Source: an uncultured Chloroflexia bacterium
GTDB taxonomy: Bacteria; Chloroflexota; Limnocylindria; Limnocylindrales; CSP1-4
Length of the DNA: 64,000 nucleotides
Assembly: GCA_963813335.1 (NCBI GenBank)
Contig: CAWEYL010000005.1
Span: 43,201 to 107,200, forward strand
Direction: 5' to 3'
The notes under the pieces were generated by a model. It had not been told where the DNA came from. It saw nothing but the letters and a program-made list of their open reading frames with translations, and did no database searches. Both the position numbers and the translations under genes were made by a program. How positions within the stretch are numbered: the first letter of the stretch is position 1; each line of letters opens with the position of its first letter. Of the stretch, positions 10,021 through 18,611 are shown piece after piece.

Positions 10021-10319
10021 GGGCGCTCGCCGATCGCGAGCAGCACCACCTGGGGATAGGTCGACAGCCAGTCGATGGCGCGATGCGGGTCGCGGATGCG
10101 CCCGATCTCGTCGATCGCGCGCGCGACCGCCGCTTCCACGGCCGGTGACGCGACCTCGTCGCCGCGTGCGGCGATGGCCGCCTCGATGCGCTCGCGCCAG
10201 GCGGCTTCAAGGTCGGTGACGTAGGTCCACTCGTCCTCGACCTCCTCGCCGAGCGCCTCCAGCTCCCCATAGGCCTCGAGGGCGTCGGCCAGCAGGGCCG
10301 CGATCGTCGGGTCGGACAT
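10017..10319 (-). CDS. Small acidic hypothetical protein
   Basis: 100-aa ORF, translationally coupled to 9346..10020 by a 4-nt overlap. Its composition is protein-like rather than the R/P/G-rich antisense noise seen elsewhere. Confidence 0.5.
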   Translation of the reverse strand: MSDPTIAALLADALEAYGELEALGEEVEDEWTYVTDLEAAWRERIEAAIAARGDEVASPAVEAAVARAIDEIGRIRDPHRAIDWLSTYPQVVLLAIGERP

Positions 10320-10345
10320 GGGCCAAGCCTACGGCCTGGCGCGGA

Positions 10346-10618
10346 TCAGGAGGTGGCGGGTCTCCCGGAGGGGAGCGCGCGGCCGGGGACCGATCCCTCG
10401 GTGCCGGCCTCGCCGGAGGGCGGTCGGGCGGCTCGCCGCAGCAGGTCCTCGAGGCCGCGCCGCGCCCGCGGGTCCCAGGCACGGGAGTAGATCCGTGTCG
10501 CGGCGGCGCGCACGCGTCCCGCCTCCGCTCGGGAACCGTCCCGCTCGAGTTCGGCGACCCGATCGAGGATGGCGCGATAGAGGGCAGGCAGCTCTTCGGC
10601 GGGAGAGTTCTGCTCCAT
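10346..10618 (-). CDS. Hypothetical protein
   Basis: 90-aa ORF with an ATG start. The N-terminal half looks plausible (MEQNSPAEELPALYRAILDRVAELERDG); the tail is low-complexity. Confidence 0.4.
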   Translation of the reverse strand: MEQNSPAEELPALYRAILDRVAELERDGSRAEAGRVRAAATRIYSRAWDPRARRGLEDLLRRAARPPSGEAGTEGSVPGRALPSGRPATS

Positions 10619-10699
10619 CGTCCGTCACGTTGCGCTCATCGGCCAGCGGAGGGGAATAGCCCAGCGGTCCCGTCGGGGCTCGGCGATGGTCGGAGGCGC

Positions 10700-11002
10700 T
10701 CAGTCGCCCAGGTGGGACCCGCTGCGCACGGCGAACGGCCCCAGGTCGCCGCCCGGCGGGCCCCAACGCTCGCTGACGTCGGTCACCAGGGCTGCCGGCG
10801 GGCCGGCGCGAAGGATGGCCAGGAACGCCTCCAGGCGGTCGCGCGGACCCTGGGCCACGCACCGCACCGAGCCGTCCGGCTCGTTGGCGACCCAGCCCGC
10901 GAGGTCGAGCGCCATCGCCTCGCGCCACGCGAAGTAGCGGTAGCCGACGCCCTGGACGCTGCCGCGGACGATGGCCTCGAGGCGGGCCGGCTCGGTGGTC
11001 AC
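10700..11002 (-). CDS. acyP: Acylphosphatase
   Basis: 100 aa. Signature VRGSVQGVGYRYFAWREA and the conserved GWVANEPDGSV. Confidence 0.9.
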   Translation of the reverse strand: MTTEPARLEAIVRGSVQGVGYRYFAWREAMALDLAGWVANEPDGSVRCVAQGPRDRLEAFLAILRAGPPAALVTDVSERWGPPGGDLGPFAVRSGSHLGD

Positions 11003-12246
11003 GCCGCCCGGCGGCGATGCGGCCAGTCGAGGACGAGGACGTCGAGGACCAGCTCCGGCGAGCCGTTGGCCGCGAGGAGGGTCGCCGCGCGTTCCGTCGC
11101 CGCGAGCGCCAGCGCGGCCGCGCCATCCGGCAGGTCCGCCGCGGCGGCGGTCAGCTCCTCGAGCAGGTCGGGGTCGCGGACCGCGCGGACGCCGCCGGCA
11201 CTGACCAGGGCGAGATCGCGCGCGACGTCGATCCAGACCGAGACGAGGATCTCGGCCGCGCGGCGCCGCAGCGGGGCCGGGATCGCGCGGCCGACGGCCG
11301 GCTCGGGCGGCTCATCGACGGTCACGTCCGCGGCCGGATCGTCGTCGGTCGCGGCCGGGGCAGGCGGCGGGCCGGTGCCGGCCGCCCCCTTCGCGGGACG
11401 TCGGCCCGAGCGCCCGGCGGTCTTCTCGCCGGCGCCATCCGCCACGGGGAGCGGGGCCATCGCGGCCTCCAGCGCGGTCGACATCGCGATGGCGATCGGC
11501 AGCGCCTCGCGCATGGCGACCAGTCGGCGCGCCGGTCGCGCGGCGAGGAGGTCCAGCAGGGTGCGCGCCAGCTCGGCGCGGGCACGGACCGCGTCGGGGG
11601 CGCGGGCGTAGGCGATGGCGACGCCGGGCCGGCCGGCCGCCAGCCGGGCCAGCCGGGAGGCGAGCGGGGCGTCGGCCACGCCGTGCTCGGCCAGGATCGC
11701 TTCGATGTCGCGCGGGCCGACCGGACCCAGCCGGATCCGCGCGCAGCGCGACCGGATCGTCGGCAGCAGCCGATCGACATCGTCGGCGCACAGGATGATC
11801 GTGACCCCGTCCGGGGTCTCCTCGAGCGTCTTGAGGAGCGCGCCCTGGGCGGCCTCGTTCATCCGGTGGGCCGATTCGATCACGGCGACGCGAGCGCCCC
11901 CCTCGAGCGGCATGAGCAGCAGGTCGCCGATGAGGTCGCGGACGCCGCGCAGCTTCTCGTCACGCCCGCCGATGACGACCTGGCCGCCCGGCCCCTCCGG
12001 CGCCACCACGTGGAGGTCCGGGTGATCGCCGTGCTCGACCAGGCGGCAGCCCCGACAGGTCCGGCACGGGCGCGCCGCGACGTCCGGGTGGACGCACAGC
12101 AGCCCCGCCGCGAGGTCCATCGCGAGCGTCGTCTTGCCGACCCCACCCGGGCCGCTGAGCAGGAGCGCGTGGGGCGCCCCGCCGCGGATCATCCCCTCGA
12201 CGGCGGCCAGCGCCGTGGCCTGGCCGCGCGTCCGGGCGCCGTCCAT
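10999..12246 (-). CDS. holB: DNA polymerase III subunit delta prime
   Basis: AAA+ P-loop LLLSGPGGVGKTTLA, zinc module CRTCRGCRLVEHGDHPD and SRC-like TIRSRC. 4-nt overlap with acyP. Confidence 0.9.
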   Translation of the reverse strand: MDGARTRGQATALAAVEGMIRGGAPHALLLSGPGGVGKTTLAMDLAAGLLCVHPDVAARPCRTCRGCRLVEHGDHPDLHVVAPEGPGGQVVIGGRDEKLRGVRDLIGDLLLMPLEGGARVAVIESAHRMNEAAQGALLKTLEETPDGVTIILCADDVDRLLPTIRSRCARIRLGPVGPRDIEAILAEHGVADAPLASRLARLAAGRPGVAIAYARAPDAVRARAELARTLLDLLAARPARRLVAMREALPIAIAMSTALEAAMAPLPVADGAGEKTAGRSGRRPAKGAAGTGPPPAPAATDDDPAADVTVDEPPEPAVGRAIPAPLRRRAAEILVSVWIDVARDLALVSAGGVRAVRDPDLLEELTAAAADLPDGAAALALAATERAATLLAANGSPELVLDVLVLDWPHRRRAA

Positions 12247-12261
12247 TCGCGTGGAGACGGC

Positions 12262-14076
12262 CTAGGCGGTCGGCGCCTTGCGCGGGGCGCGCGGCTTCTT
12301 CGCCGGTGCCTCGCCCGCATCGGTCCCTGCGACCGCGGCTGCCTTGGATGCGGCCGGCTTGCGGGTCGCCTTCGGCTTCGGGGCGGCGGCGTCGTCGGTC
12401 GCGGCGGCCGTGGCCGCCTTGGATGCGGCCGGCTTGCGGGTCGCCTTCGGCTTCGGGGCGGGGGCGTCGTCGGTCGCGGCGGCCGTGGCCGCCTTGGATG
12501 CGGCCGGCTTGCGGGTCGCCTTCGGCTTCGGGGCGGCGGCGTCGATCGGGGACTCGGGCACGGCTTCCGCGCGCGCCTCGGCCGGCCGCGAGGCGACCGG
12601 CTTGCTGGCGAGCTGGGCCATCAGCTGGGCCTCGAGCTCCGGCGGGACCTCGCTCCATTCGTCGCTGCCACGGCGCGGGGCCGGTGCAGCCCCACCGCCG
12701 CCACCGCTCGATGGACGGGGTCCGCGGTCGTACGACCGGTCCTGCCGCTGACCGGCGGCCGGGGTCCGTCCGCTCACGTCCGGATACCGGTTGATCCCCC
12801 CGCCGCCGCCGCGGCCATAGCGCTCGCGCGCCATCGCCGACTGGTAGGCCGCGCGACCGCCGCGGGCACCGCCGCCACCGCCCCCGCGACCCGCGTTACC
12901 GCGCCGCTGCTCGGCGATCAGGTATTCGGGGATCTCGGGCTCGTCGAAGTCTTCGTCGTCGCTGAGCGGCTTGAACGTCCCGGACGAGGCCGCCGGGGCG
13001 GCCGTCCCGAGCTGCGAATCCCAGACCGAGCCGAACGGCGTCGCCTTGGGGTTGCGCGGCGGGGCGACGATGTCCTCGAGCTCCTCGTGGTCCTCGTCGT
13101 CCTCCGGTTCGACCGCGTGGGTCCGCGCGCCGTTGGACGGTGCCTCGGTCCCGGCCGGTTCGCCCTCGCCACGGCCGCGTCCGCGTCCGCGTCCGCGGCC
13201 ACCGCGGCGGCGCCGGCGGCGGGTGCCGTCGCCGTCCTCGCCATTCGCGGCTCCGGGCAGCTCGACGACCTCGCCGTCGTCATCGAGGGTGAACACCTCG
13301 GCGGCGGCCAGGTCGGCCTCGGTGAGCGACCCCGGCAGGCGCGAGAGCCGCTCGCCGGGCAGCGCTACGAGGCCACCATCGACCGCAGCCGTCGCGGCGA
13401 CGGCTGCGGCGGCGACCGGGCGGGCCCGACCGCGTCCGCGCCCCGAGGCGGCCACCGGCTCCGGCTCGCCGGCACGGCCACGGCCTCGACCACGACCACG
13501 GCCACGGCCGGCACCGGTCCCCTCGGTCTGCTTGTCGGGGACCTCGGTCATCGAGAGGTCCTCGCCGTCGTCGCTGACGCGTCGACCGGAGCGCGAACCC
13601 TTCTCGACGCGCGCGAGCTGGATGATGTCGGTGAAGAGGTCGGCGACCTCGATCAGGTCGGAGCTGGTGTTGCCCCGGAAGCTGATGACCTCGCAGCGGA
13701 CGCCCATCTCCTGGACCGCCCGGATGGCCGGCGCGAAGTCGCCGTCACCGGAGACCACGATGGCGATATCGAGGTTCCGAGCGGTCTTCATCATGTCGAC
13801 CACGAGCTCGATGTCGAGGTTGGCCTTGACCTTGCCGTCCCCGTACTTGCGGATGTCCTTGCTGACGACCTTGTAGTTGCTCCGGCGCAGGAAGTCGTGG
13901 AAGTTGCGCTGGTTCTCGTTGTCCGGATCGAGACCTGTGTACGCGTACGCGCGCACGAGGTCCCGGCCGGCCGTGGCCGACTTGAGCAACGTGACGTAGT
14001 CGATGTCCACGCCGGCGGCCTTGGCCGCATAGAAGATGTTCGCCACGTCAACGAAGACGGCGACGTTCTTGCCCAC
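12262..14076 (-). CDS. NYN (LabA/DUF88, PIN-like RNase fold) domain protein with a ~440-aa disordered RGG-rich and AKP-repeat C-terminal tail
   Basis: The N-terminal 160 aa (MGKNVAVFVDVANIFYAAK...AIVVSGDGDFAPAIRAVQEMG) matches the NYN fold. The tail carries RG/RGG runs and three 25-aa repeats, PKPKATRKPAASKAATAAATDDAxA. Confidence 0.85.
   Translation of the reverse strand: MGKNVAVFVDVANIFYAAKAAGVDIDYVTLLKSATAGRDLVRAYAYTGLDPDNENQRNFHDFLRRSNYKVVSKDIRKYGDGKVKANLDIELVVDMMKTARNLDIAIVVSGDGDFAPAIRAVQEMGVRCEVISFRGNTSSDLIEVADLFTDIIQLARVEKGSRSGRRVSDDGEDLSMTEVPDKQTEGTGAGRGRGRGRGRGRAGEPEPVAASGRGRGRARPVAAAAVAATAAVDGGLVALPGERLSRLPGSLTEADLAAAEVFTLDDDGEVVELPGAANGEDGDGTRRRRRRGGRGRGRGRGRGEGEPAGTEAPSNGARTHAVEPEDDEDHEELEDIVAPPRNPKATPFGSVWDSQLGTAAPAASSGTFKPLSDDEDFDEPEIPEYLIAEQRRGNAGRGGGGGGARGGRAAYQSAMARERYGRGGGGGINRYPDVSGRTPAAGQRQDRSYDRGPRPSSGGGGGAAPAPRRGSDEWSEVPPELEAQLMAQLASKPVASRPAEARAEAVPESPIDAAAPKPKATRKPAASKAATAAATDDAPAPKPKATRKPAASKAATAAATDDAAAPKPKATRKPAASKAAAVAGTDAGEAPAKKPRAPRKAPTA
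12341..12547 (-). repeat. In-frame 75-nt tandem repeat, about 2.75 copies, inside the NYN-protein gene
   Basis: Units at 12341-12415 and 12416-12490 differ at 1 nt. A third partial unit starts at 12491. The repeat encodes the 25-aa K/A/P/T-rich unit. Confidence 0.9.
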
Positions 14077-14137
14077 TCTGACTCCTTGAGTTAGGGATCC
14101 ACCCGGCCGGCGCGAGCACGCTGCACGGCGGGCAGGT

Positions 14138-14605
14138 TCATGAGGAGTGACGCCCGGCAGCTCCAGCCGCCGTCACGATGCGTTGCAGTCGAGGTCCAGC
14201 CACGTCGAAGCCCATCCCTTCCAGGCGGGCCCGGGCGACAGGGTCATCCGGCCGAACGGTCTCGACGACCGTGCAGCCCTTGTTGCTGGCCGATCGCAGG
14301 AGTTCGTCGACGAGCGCCTCCGTGATCCGTTCCGCATCGTGGTCCGGGTCGACGACCAGCAGGTCGATCGTGCCCACGTACCCGCCGGAATGGACCGACG
14401 GACGAAGCGCGAGGACGGCCCCGCCCACGATGAGACGCCGCGATTCCGCGACGACGATGCTGGCCTGCGGCAGGTAGACGAGCTGGCGCATGAGATCCGC
14501 GGCGGCGAGCGGTCCGCCGGCAGCGGTCATCGACAGGGCGCCGTCGCTCAAGGCGACGAGACGGTCGATGTCCGTGACACGGGCGGCTCGGACCAGGTAT
14601 TCCAC
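14138..14605 (-). CDS. GNAT-family N-acetyltransferase
   Basis: Only the last 155 codons of ORF 14138..16138 look coding (VEYLVRAARVTDIDRLVALS...GYVGTIDLLVVDPDHDAERITEALVDELLRSASNKGCTVVE). GTG start at 14605. Confidence 0.75.
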   Translation of the reverse strand: MEYLVRAARVTDIDRLVALSDGALSMTAAGGPLAAADLMRQLVYLPQASIVVAESRRLIVGGAVLALRPSVHSGGYVGTIDLLVVDPDHDAERITEALVDELLRSASNKGCTVVETVRPDDPVARARLEGMGFDVAGPRLQRIVTAAGAAGRHSS

Positions 14606-14745
14606 GCGGGCGGGGTACCTCGCAGGGCCGGCGATCCGTCGCCCCCGACCGGAGCTCGAGCAGGGGTCGTACCGATCTCGCGCTCCCCTCGTCGGCGGCG
14701 AGCGAAAGCGCTCGCGACAGGCTGACGGGGCGCGGCCGACCGGTA

Positions 14746-14773
14746 TTGCAATCGGAACGCCGATGCCTATGAT
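14746..14773 (+). promoter_or_regulatory. Candidate sigma-70-type promoter for the liv operon (TTGCAA-16 nt-TATGAT)
   Basis: Hexamers seen at 14746-14751 and 14768-14773. The -10 sits in the loop of a 7-bp hairpin (CGATGCC/GGCATCG). This would give a ~200-nt leader. Confidence 0.35.
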
Positions 14774-14977
14774 ACGGCATCGCTTCGGCGGCCACCTGCG
14801 CGCCGCTCGGACGCGGGCTCGTAGCCACCACCCGTCACGCACCAGTGCCCGGCATGCGCGGCCCTCCGAGGGGGGCGGCCAGCGCCACCGGGCTCCGGGC
14901 GCCGGGGGTTCGGCTCCGATCCGCGTCGCGGGTCGCCTGCACGGGTGGATTCGACCGGTGATTTGGAGGAGTACTGG

Positions 14978-16273
14978 ATGAAACTGCACAGGATCGGTGC
15001 GCTCGCGGCCGTCAGCGTCTTGGCGTTCGCAGCGTGCAACAGCAGCGGCTCGAGCGCCGCACCGAGCACGGCGGCCAGCGGTGGCGCGGTCGCGACGCCC
15101 GGCGACACCAGCAAGGGCACGGTGAACATCGCGATCGAGCTCCCGCAGCAGGGCAGCGAGCTCGCGGCGTCCCAGCCGATCATCAACGGCATCCTGCTTG
15201 CCGTGAAGGAAGCCGGCGGCGCCGCCGGCGGGTACAAGATCGAGATCCCCAAGGAAGTCATCTTCGATGACGCCAAGGACGGCGTGCACGACCCGCAGAC
15301 GGGTGCCCAGAACATGGGCAACATCGTCGGCCTCGACAAGGTCGTCGCCGTCATCGGCCCGCTCAACTCGAGCGTCGCCAAGGTCCAGATCCCGATCAGC
15401 AACGAGGCTGGCCTGTTCCAGTGCAGCCCGGCCAACACCAACGAAGGCCTGACCAAGCCGGAGTTCGGCGCCCTCGACATCCGCAAGGCGAACCCCACGA
15501 AGATCAACTACGTGCGGGTCGTCACCACGGACGACAACCAGGGCCCGGCGGCTGCCAAGTACATCCTCGAGGTCCTTGGCAAGAAGAACGTCTACATCAT
15601 CGATAGCACCGACACGTTCGGGAAGGGCATCGCCGACAACTTCCAGAAGTACCTGGAAGCCAACGGCGGGAAGACCGTCGCCCGCGACGGCGCCCCGAAG
15701 GGCACCTCGGACTACAGCGCGCTCATGACCGCCGCGGCGGCCGCCAAGCCGGAGGCGATCTACTTCGGTGGCGTCACGGCCGACGGTGGTGCGCGCATCC
15801 TCAAGGCCGCGGTCGCGGCCGGCATGGCCGACATCCCGTTCATCGGGCCGGACGGCATCTATGACGGCAGCGCGGCGACCAAGGACTCGTTCCTGAACCT
15901 GGCCGGCGACGACGCCAAGAACTCCTACGCGACGGCCGCCGCGGTCGGGGACTTCCCCGGTCGTGAGGACTTCGCCAAGCGGTTCAAGGCTGAGTACAGC
16001 TCGGATCCGACCGGCTACAGCGCGACTGGCTACGCCTGCGCGCAGGTCGTCATCGACGCCCTCAACCGGGCGGCGGCATCGGCCGACATGAAGGCGCTCC
16101 GTGAGGCCGTCCGTGTCGCCGGTGTCGACACGACCCACAAGTACACGTCGGTGATCGGCGAGTTCACGTTCGACGCGAACGGCGACACGAGCCAGAAGAT
16201 CATCTCGTTCTACGGCTTCGACGCGGCGACCAAGGACTGGGCCTTCAAGTCCCAGCTCGACTTCGCCAAGTAA
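14978..16273 (+). CDS. livJ: Branched-chain/hydrophobic amino acid ABC transporter substrate-binding lipoprotein (LivJ/K family)
   Basis: ATG at 14978 follows a GGAGGA RBS and gives the lipobox signal MKLHRIGALAAVSVLAFAAC. Type I PBP fold, followed by livHMGF-type genes. Confidence 0.88.
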   Translation: MKLHRIGALAAVSVLAFAACNSSGSSAAPSTAASGGAVATPGDTSKGTVNIAIELPQQGSELAASQPIINGILLAVKEAGGAAGGYKIEIPKEVIFDDAKDGVHDPQTGAQNMGNIVGLDKVVAVIGPLNSSVAKVQIPISNEAGLFQCSPANTNEGLTKPEFGALDIRKANPTKINYVRVVTTDDNQGPAAAKYILEVLGKKNVYIIDSTDTFGKGIADNFQKYLEANGGKTVARDGAPKGTSDYSALMTAAAAAKPEAIYFGGVTADGGARILKAAVAAGMADIPFIGPDGIYDGSAATKDSFLNLAGDDAKNSYATAAAVGDFPGREDFAKRFKAEYSSDPTGYSATGYACAQVVIDALNRAAASADMKALREAVRVAGVDTTHKYTSVIGEFTFDANGDTSQKIISFYGFDAATKDWAFKSQLDFAK

Positions 16274-16287
16274 GACCGCAGTGACGG

Positions 16288-16316
16288 GGGCCGGGGATCC
16301 AGCGGATCCCCGGCCC
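16288..16316 (+). terminator. Perfect 13-bp GC hairpin (GGGCCGGGGATCC-agc-GGATCCCCGGCCC) with a TCTCTCT tail after livJ
   Basis: Seen directly 15 nt after the livJ stop, inside the operon. Likely an attenuator or partial terminator that sets the SBP:permease ratio. Confidence 0.6.
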
Positions 16317-16362
16317 TCTCTCTACTCCCACTTGATCGTCCTGCGATAGCCAGAGGTCGACC

Positions 16363-17436
16363 GTGACGGCTGCGTCTAGCTCCGGGAGCCCCGCCGATCG
16401 CGGTCGCATCGACCCGCGGCTCCGACTGCTCGGCACCTGCCTGCTCGGGATCGTCATCTACTACCTGGTCCTGAGCGTCATGGTGGAGGGCGGCTCGGCC
16501 GTCGCGGCCCAGCAGGTCGGCAACGCCCTCACGCTGGGCGCCATCTACTCGCTCGTGGCCCTCGGCTACACGATGGTCTACGGCATCATCGAGCTCATCA
16601 ACTTCGCCCACGGCGACGTGTTCATGGTCGGCACGTTCATGTCGTTGTTCTTCCTGTCGAGCCCGCCGGCGCCGCTCGACTTCCTCGGCCTGCATCTCCA
16701 CGGACCCATCGCCGAGCCGATCACGCTGGCGCTCGTCATGTTCGCGGCCTTCGTCTTCGGGATGACGGTGATGGGCCTCATCAACGTGACCATCGAGCGC
16801 TTCGCCTACCGACCGCTGCGCCATGCCCCGCGGGTCGCCCCGCTGATCACCGCGATCGGCGTCTCGCTGATCCTGCAGAACATCATGCAGATCATCGTCG
16901 GGACCGGCGACCGCCTCGTGCCGCAGGTCTTCCCCAACACCAAGATCTCGATCATGGGCGCCAGCATCGGCGTCCTGAACATCTTCATCCTCGCGGTGTC
17001 GCTGTCCCTGATGTACGTCCTGGTGCTGTTCGTCGGGCGCACCCGGCTCGGCCGCGCGATGCGCGCCACCGCCCAGGACCAGCAGGCCGCCCAGCTGATG
17101 GGCGTCGACCTCAACCAGACGATCGCGATCACGTTCCTCATCGGTGGCGCCCTCGCCGGCGCCGCGGGCGTCTTCCAGGGCCAGTACTTCGGGTTCGTGC
17201 GCTTCGATCTCGGGTTCAACGCCGGCCTGAAGGCCTTCACGGCCGCCGTCCTCGGCGGCATCGGCAACCTGGCCGGCGCGGTGCTCGGCGGATTCATGAT
17301 CGCGTTCATCGAGGTCTTCGCCGCGGCGAACGGACAGCAGCGCTGGTCCCAGGCCATCCTGTTCATGGTCCTGATCCTCGTGCTGGTCTTCCGTCCGAGC
17401 GGCATCCTCGGCCAGCAGATCGGGGAGCGGGCATGA
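16363..17436 (+). CDS. livH: Branched-chain amino acid ABC transporter permease (LivH family)
   Basis: Polytopic membrane protein with LGYTMVYGIIELINFAHGDVFMVG, typical of LivH. Confidence 0.9.
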   Translation: MTAASSSGSPADRGRIDPRLRLLGTCLLGIVIYYLVLSVMVEGGSAVAAQQVGNALTLGAIYSLVALGYTMVYGIIELINFAHGDVFMVGTFMSLFFLSSPPAPLDFLGLHLHGPIAEPITLALVMFAAFVFGMTVMGLINVTIERFAYRPLRHAPRVAPLITAIGVSLILQNIMQIIVGTGDRLVPQVFPNTKISIMGASIGVLNIFILAVSLSLMYVLVLFVGRTRLGRAMRATAQDQQAAQLMGVDLNQTIAITFLIGGALAGAAGVFQGQYFGFVRFDLGFNAGLKAFTAAVLGGIGNLAGAVLGGFMIAFIEVFAAANGQQRWSQAILFMVLILVLVFRPSGILGQQIGERA

Positions 17437-18611
17437 CCGCCGGGACGGCCGGGGCGGCGCGGACCGCGCCATCGAAGCCGGCGTCGACCCGCGACCGGCT
17501 GACCGACTACCTCCAGATCCACCGCTCGACGACGATCATCCTGGTGATGACCGCGGTGACGCTGGGCCTGCCGCTGCTGGCCATCGTCCCGCCGTTCAGC
17601 TTCTTCCAGAAGCAGGACGTCTGGCTGTCCGGGTTCTCGAACGCCGGGGTCTTCGTGCTCCTCGCGCTGGGGCTCAACATCGTCGTCGGCCTGGCCGGCC
17701 TGCTCGACCTGGGCTACGCCGCCTTCTTCGCCATCGGCGCGTACGTCTATGCCTATGGCGCCTCGCCGTACTCCGGCCTGCACTTGCCGTTCCTGGTCAT
17801 GCTGGCGATCGCACCGCTCGTGGCCGCCACCTTCGGGGTGCTACTCGGCGCGCCGACCCTCCGTCTGCGCGGCGACTACCTGGCGATCGTCACCCTCGGC
17901 TTCGGCGAGATCGTCCCGATCGTCTTCCTGAACGCGGAGAAGTTCACCGAGGGCACCAACGGCATCGGCGGCATCTACAAGCCGGAGCTGCCGTTCGTGG
18001 AGTTCACGCTCCTGAACCCGTGGCCGTTCTACGTGCTCATGGCGGTGATGCTCACGATCACCATGATCCTGATCTACCGGTTACAGGATTCCCGGATCGG
18101 CAGATCCTGGATGGCCATCCGCGAGGATGAGCTGGCGGCCGCCGCCAGCGGCCTGAACACGGTCACGACCAAGCTGCTCGCGTTCGCCCTGGGCGCCTCC
18201 ACCGCCGGCCTCGCCGGGGTGTTCAACGCCTCCAAGCTCACGCTCGTCAGCCCGGACCAGTTCCTCTCGACGGTGTCGTTCTCCATCCTGGCGATGATCG
18301 TCCTCGGCGGCATGGGCAACATCTGGGGCGTCGCGCTCGGCGCGTTCGTCGTCTACACCATCCAGGTCGTCTTCCTCAAGCAGCTGAACACGTTCTTCGC
18401 CGCGTTGCAGGTGCCGATCCTCAAGGACCTCAACTTCGTGCAGTACCAGCTCCTGCTCTACGGCCTGGCCCTGGTGCTGATGATGTTGTTCCGCCCCGAG
18501 GGCCTGTTCCCCTCCAGACGTCGCAAGCGGGAGCTCCATGCCGCCGATGACCTCGGCGACATGGCCCTGGTCGGCGAGCAGGAGATCGGCGTGAGCGAGC
18601 TCGATCGATGA
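17433..18611 (+). CDS. livM: Branched-chain amino acid ABC transporter permease (LivM family)
   Basis: Polytopic. GLNIVVGLAGLLDLGYAAFFAIGAY and LRGDYLAIVTLGFGEI motifs. 4-nt overlaps with both neighbours. Confidence 0.9.
   Translation: MTAGTAGAARTAPSKPASTRDRLTDYLQIHRSTTIILVMTAVTLGLPLLAIVPPFSFFQKQDVWLSGFSNAGVFVLLALGLNIVVGLAGLLDLGYAAFFAIGAYVYAYGASPYSGLHLPFLVMLAIAPLVAATFGVLLGAPTLRLRGDYLAIVTLGFGEIVPIVFLNAEKFTEGTNGIGGIYKPELPFVEFTLLNPWPFYVLMAVMLTITMILIYRLQDSRIGRSWMAIREDELAAAASGLNTVTTKLLAFALGASTAGLAGVFNASKLTLVSPDQFLSTVSFSILAMIVLGGMGNIWGVALGAFVVYTIQVVFLKQLNTFFAALQVPILKDLNFVQYQLLLYGLALVLMMLFRPEGLFPSRRRKRELHAADDLGDMALVGEQEIGVSELDR

Noticed and set aside
12341-12547. 75-nt direct repeats considered as a possible CRISPR or other non-coding array.
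   Set aside because: The units are directly abutting with no spacers. They are in frame within the NYN-protein ORF and encode a coherent 25-aa K/A/P-rich repeat. No cas genes are nearby.
14138-16138. 666-aa minus-strand ORF covering the livJ region.
   Set aside because: Only the last 155 codons (14138-14605, GNAT acetyltransferase) look coding. The remainder is antisense to a clear LivJ-type lipoprotein gene.
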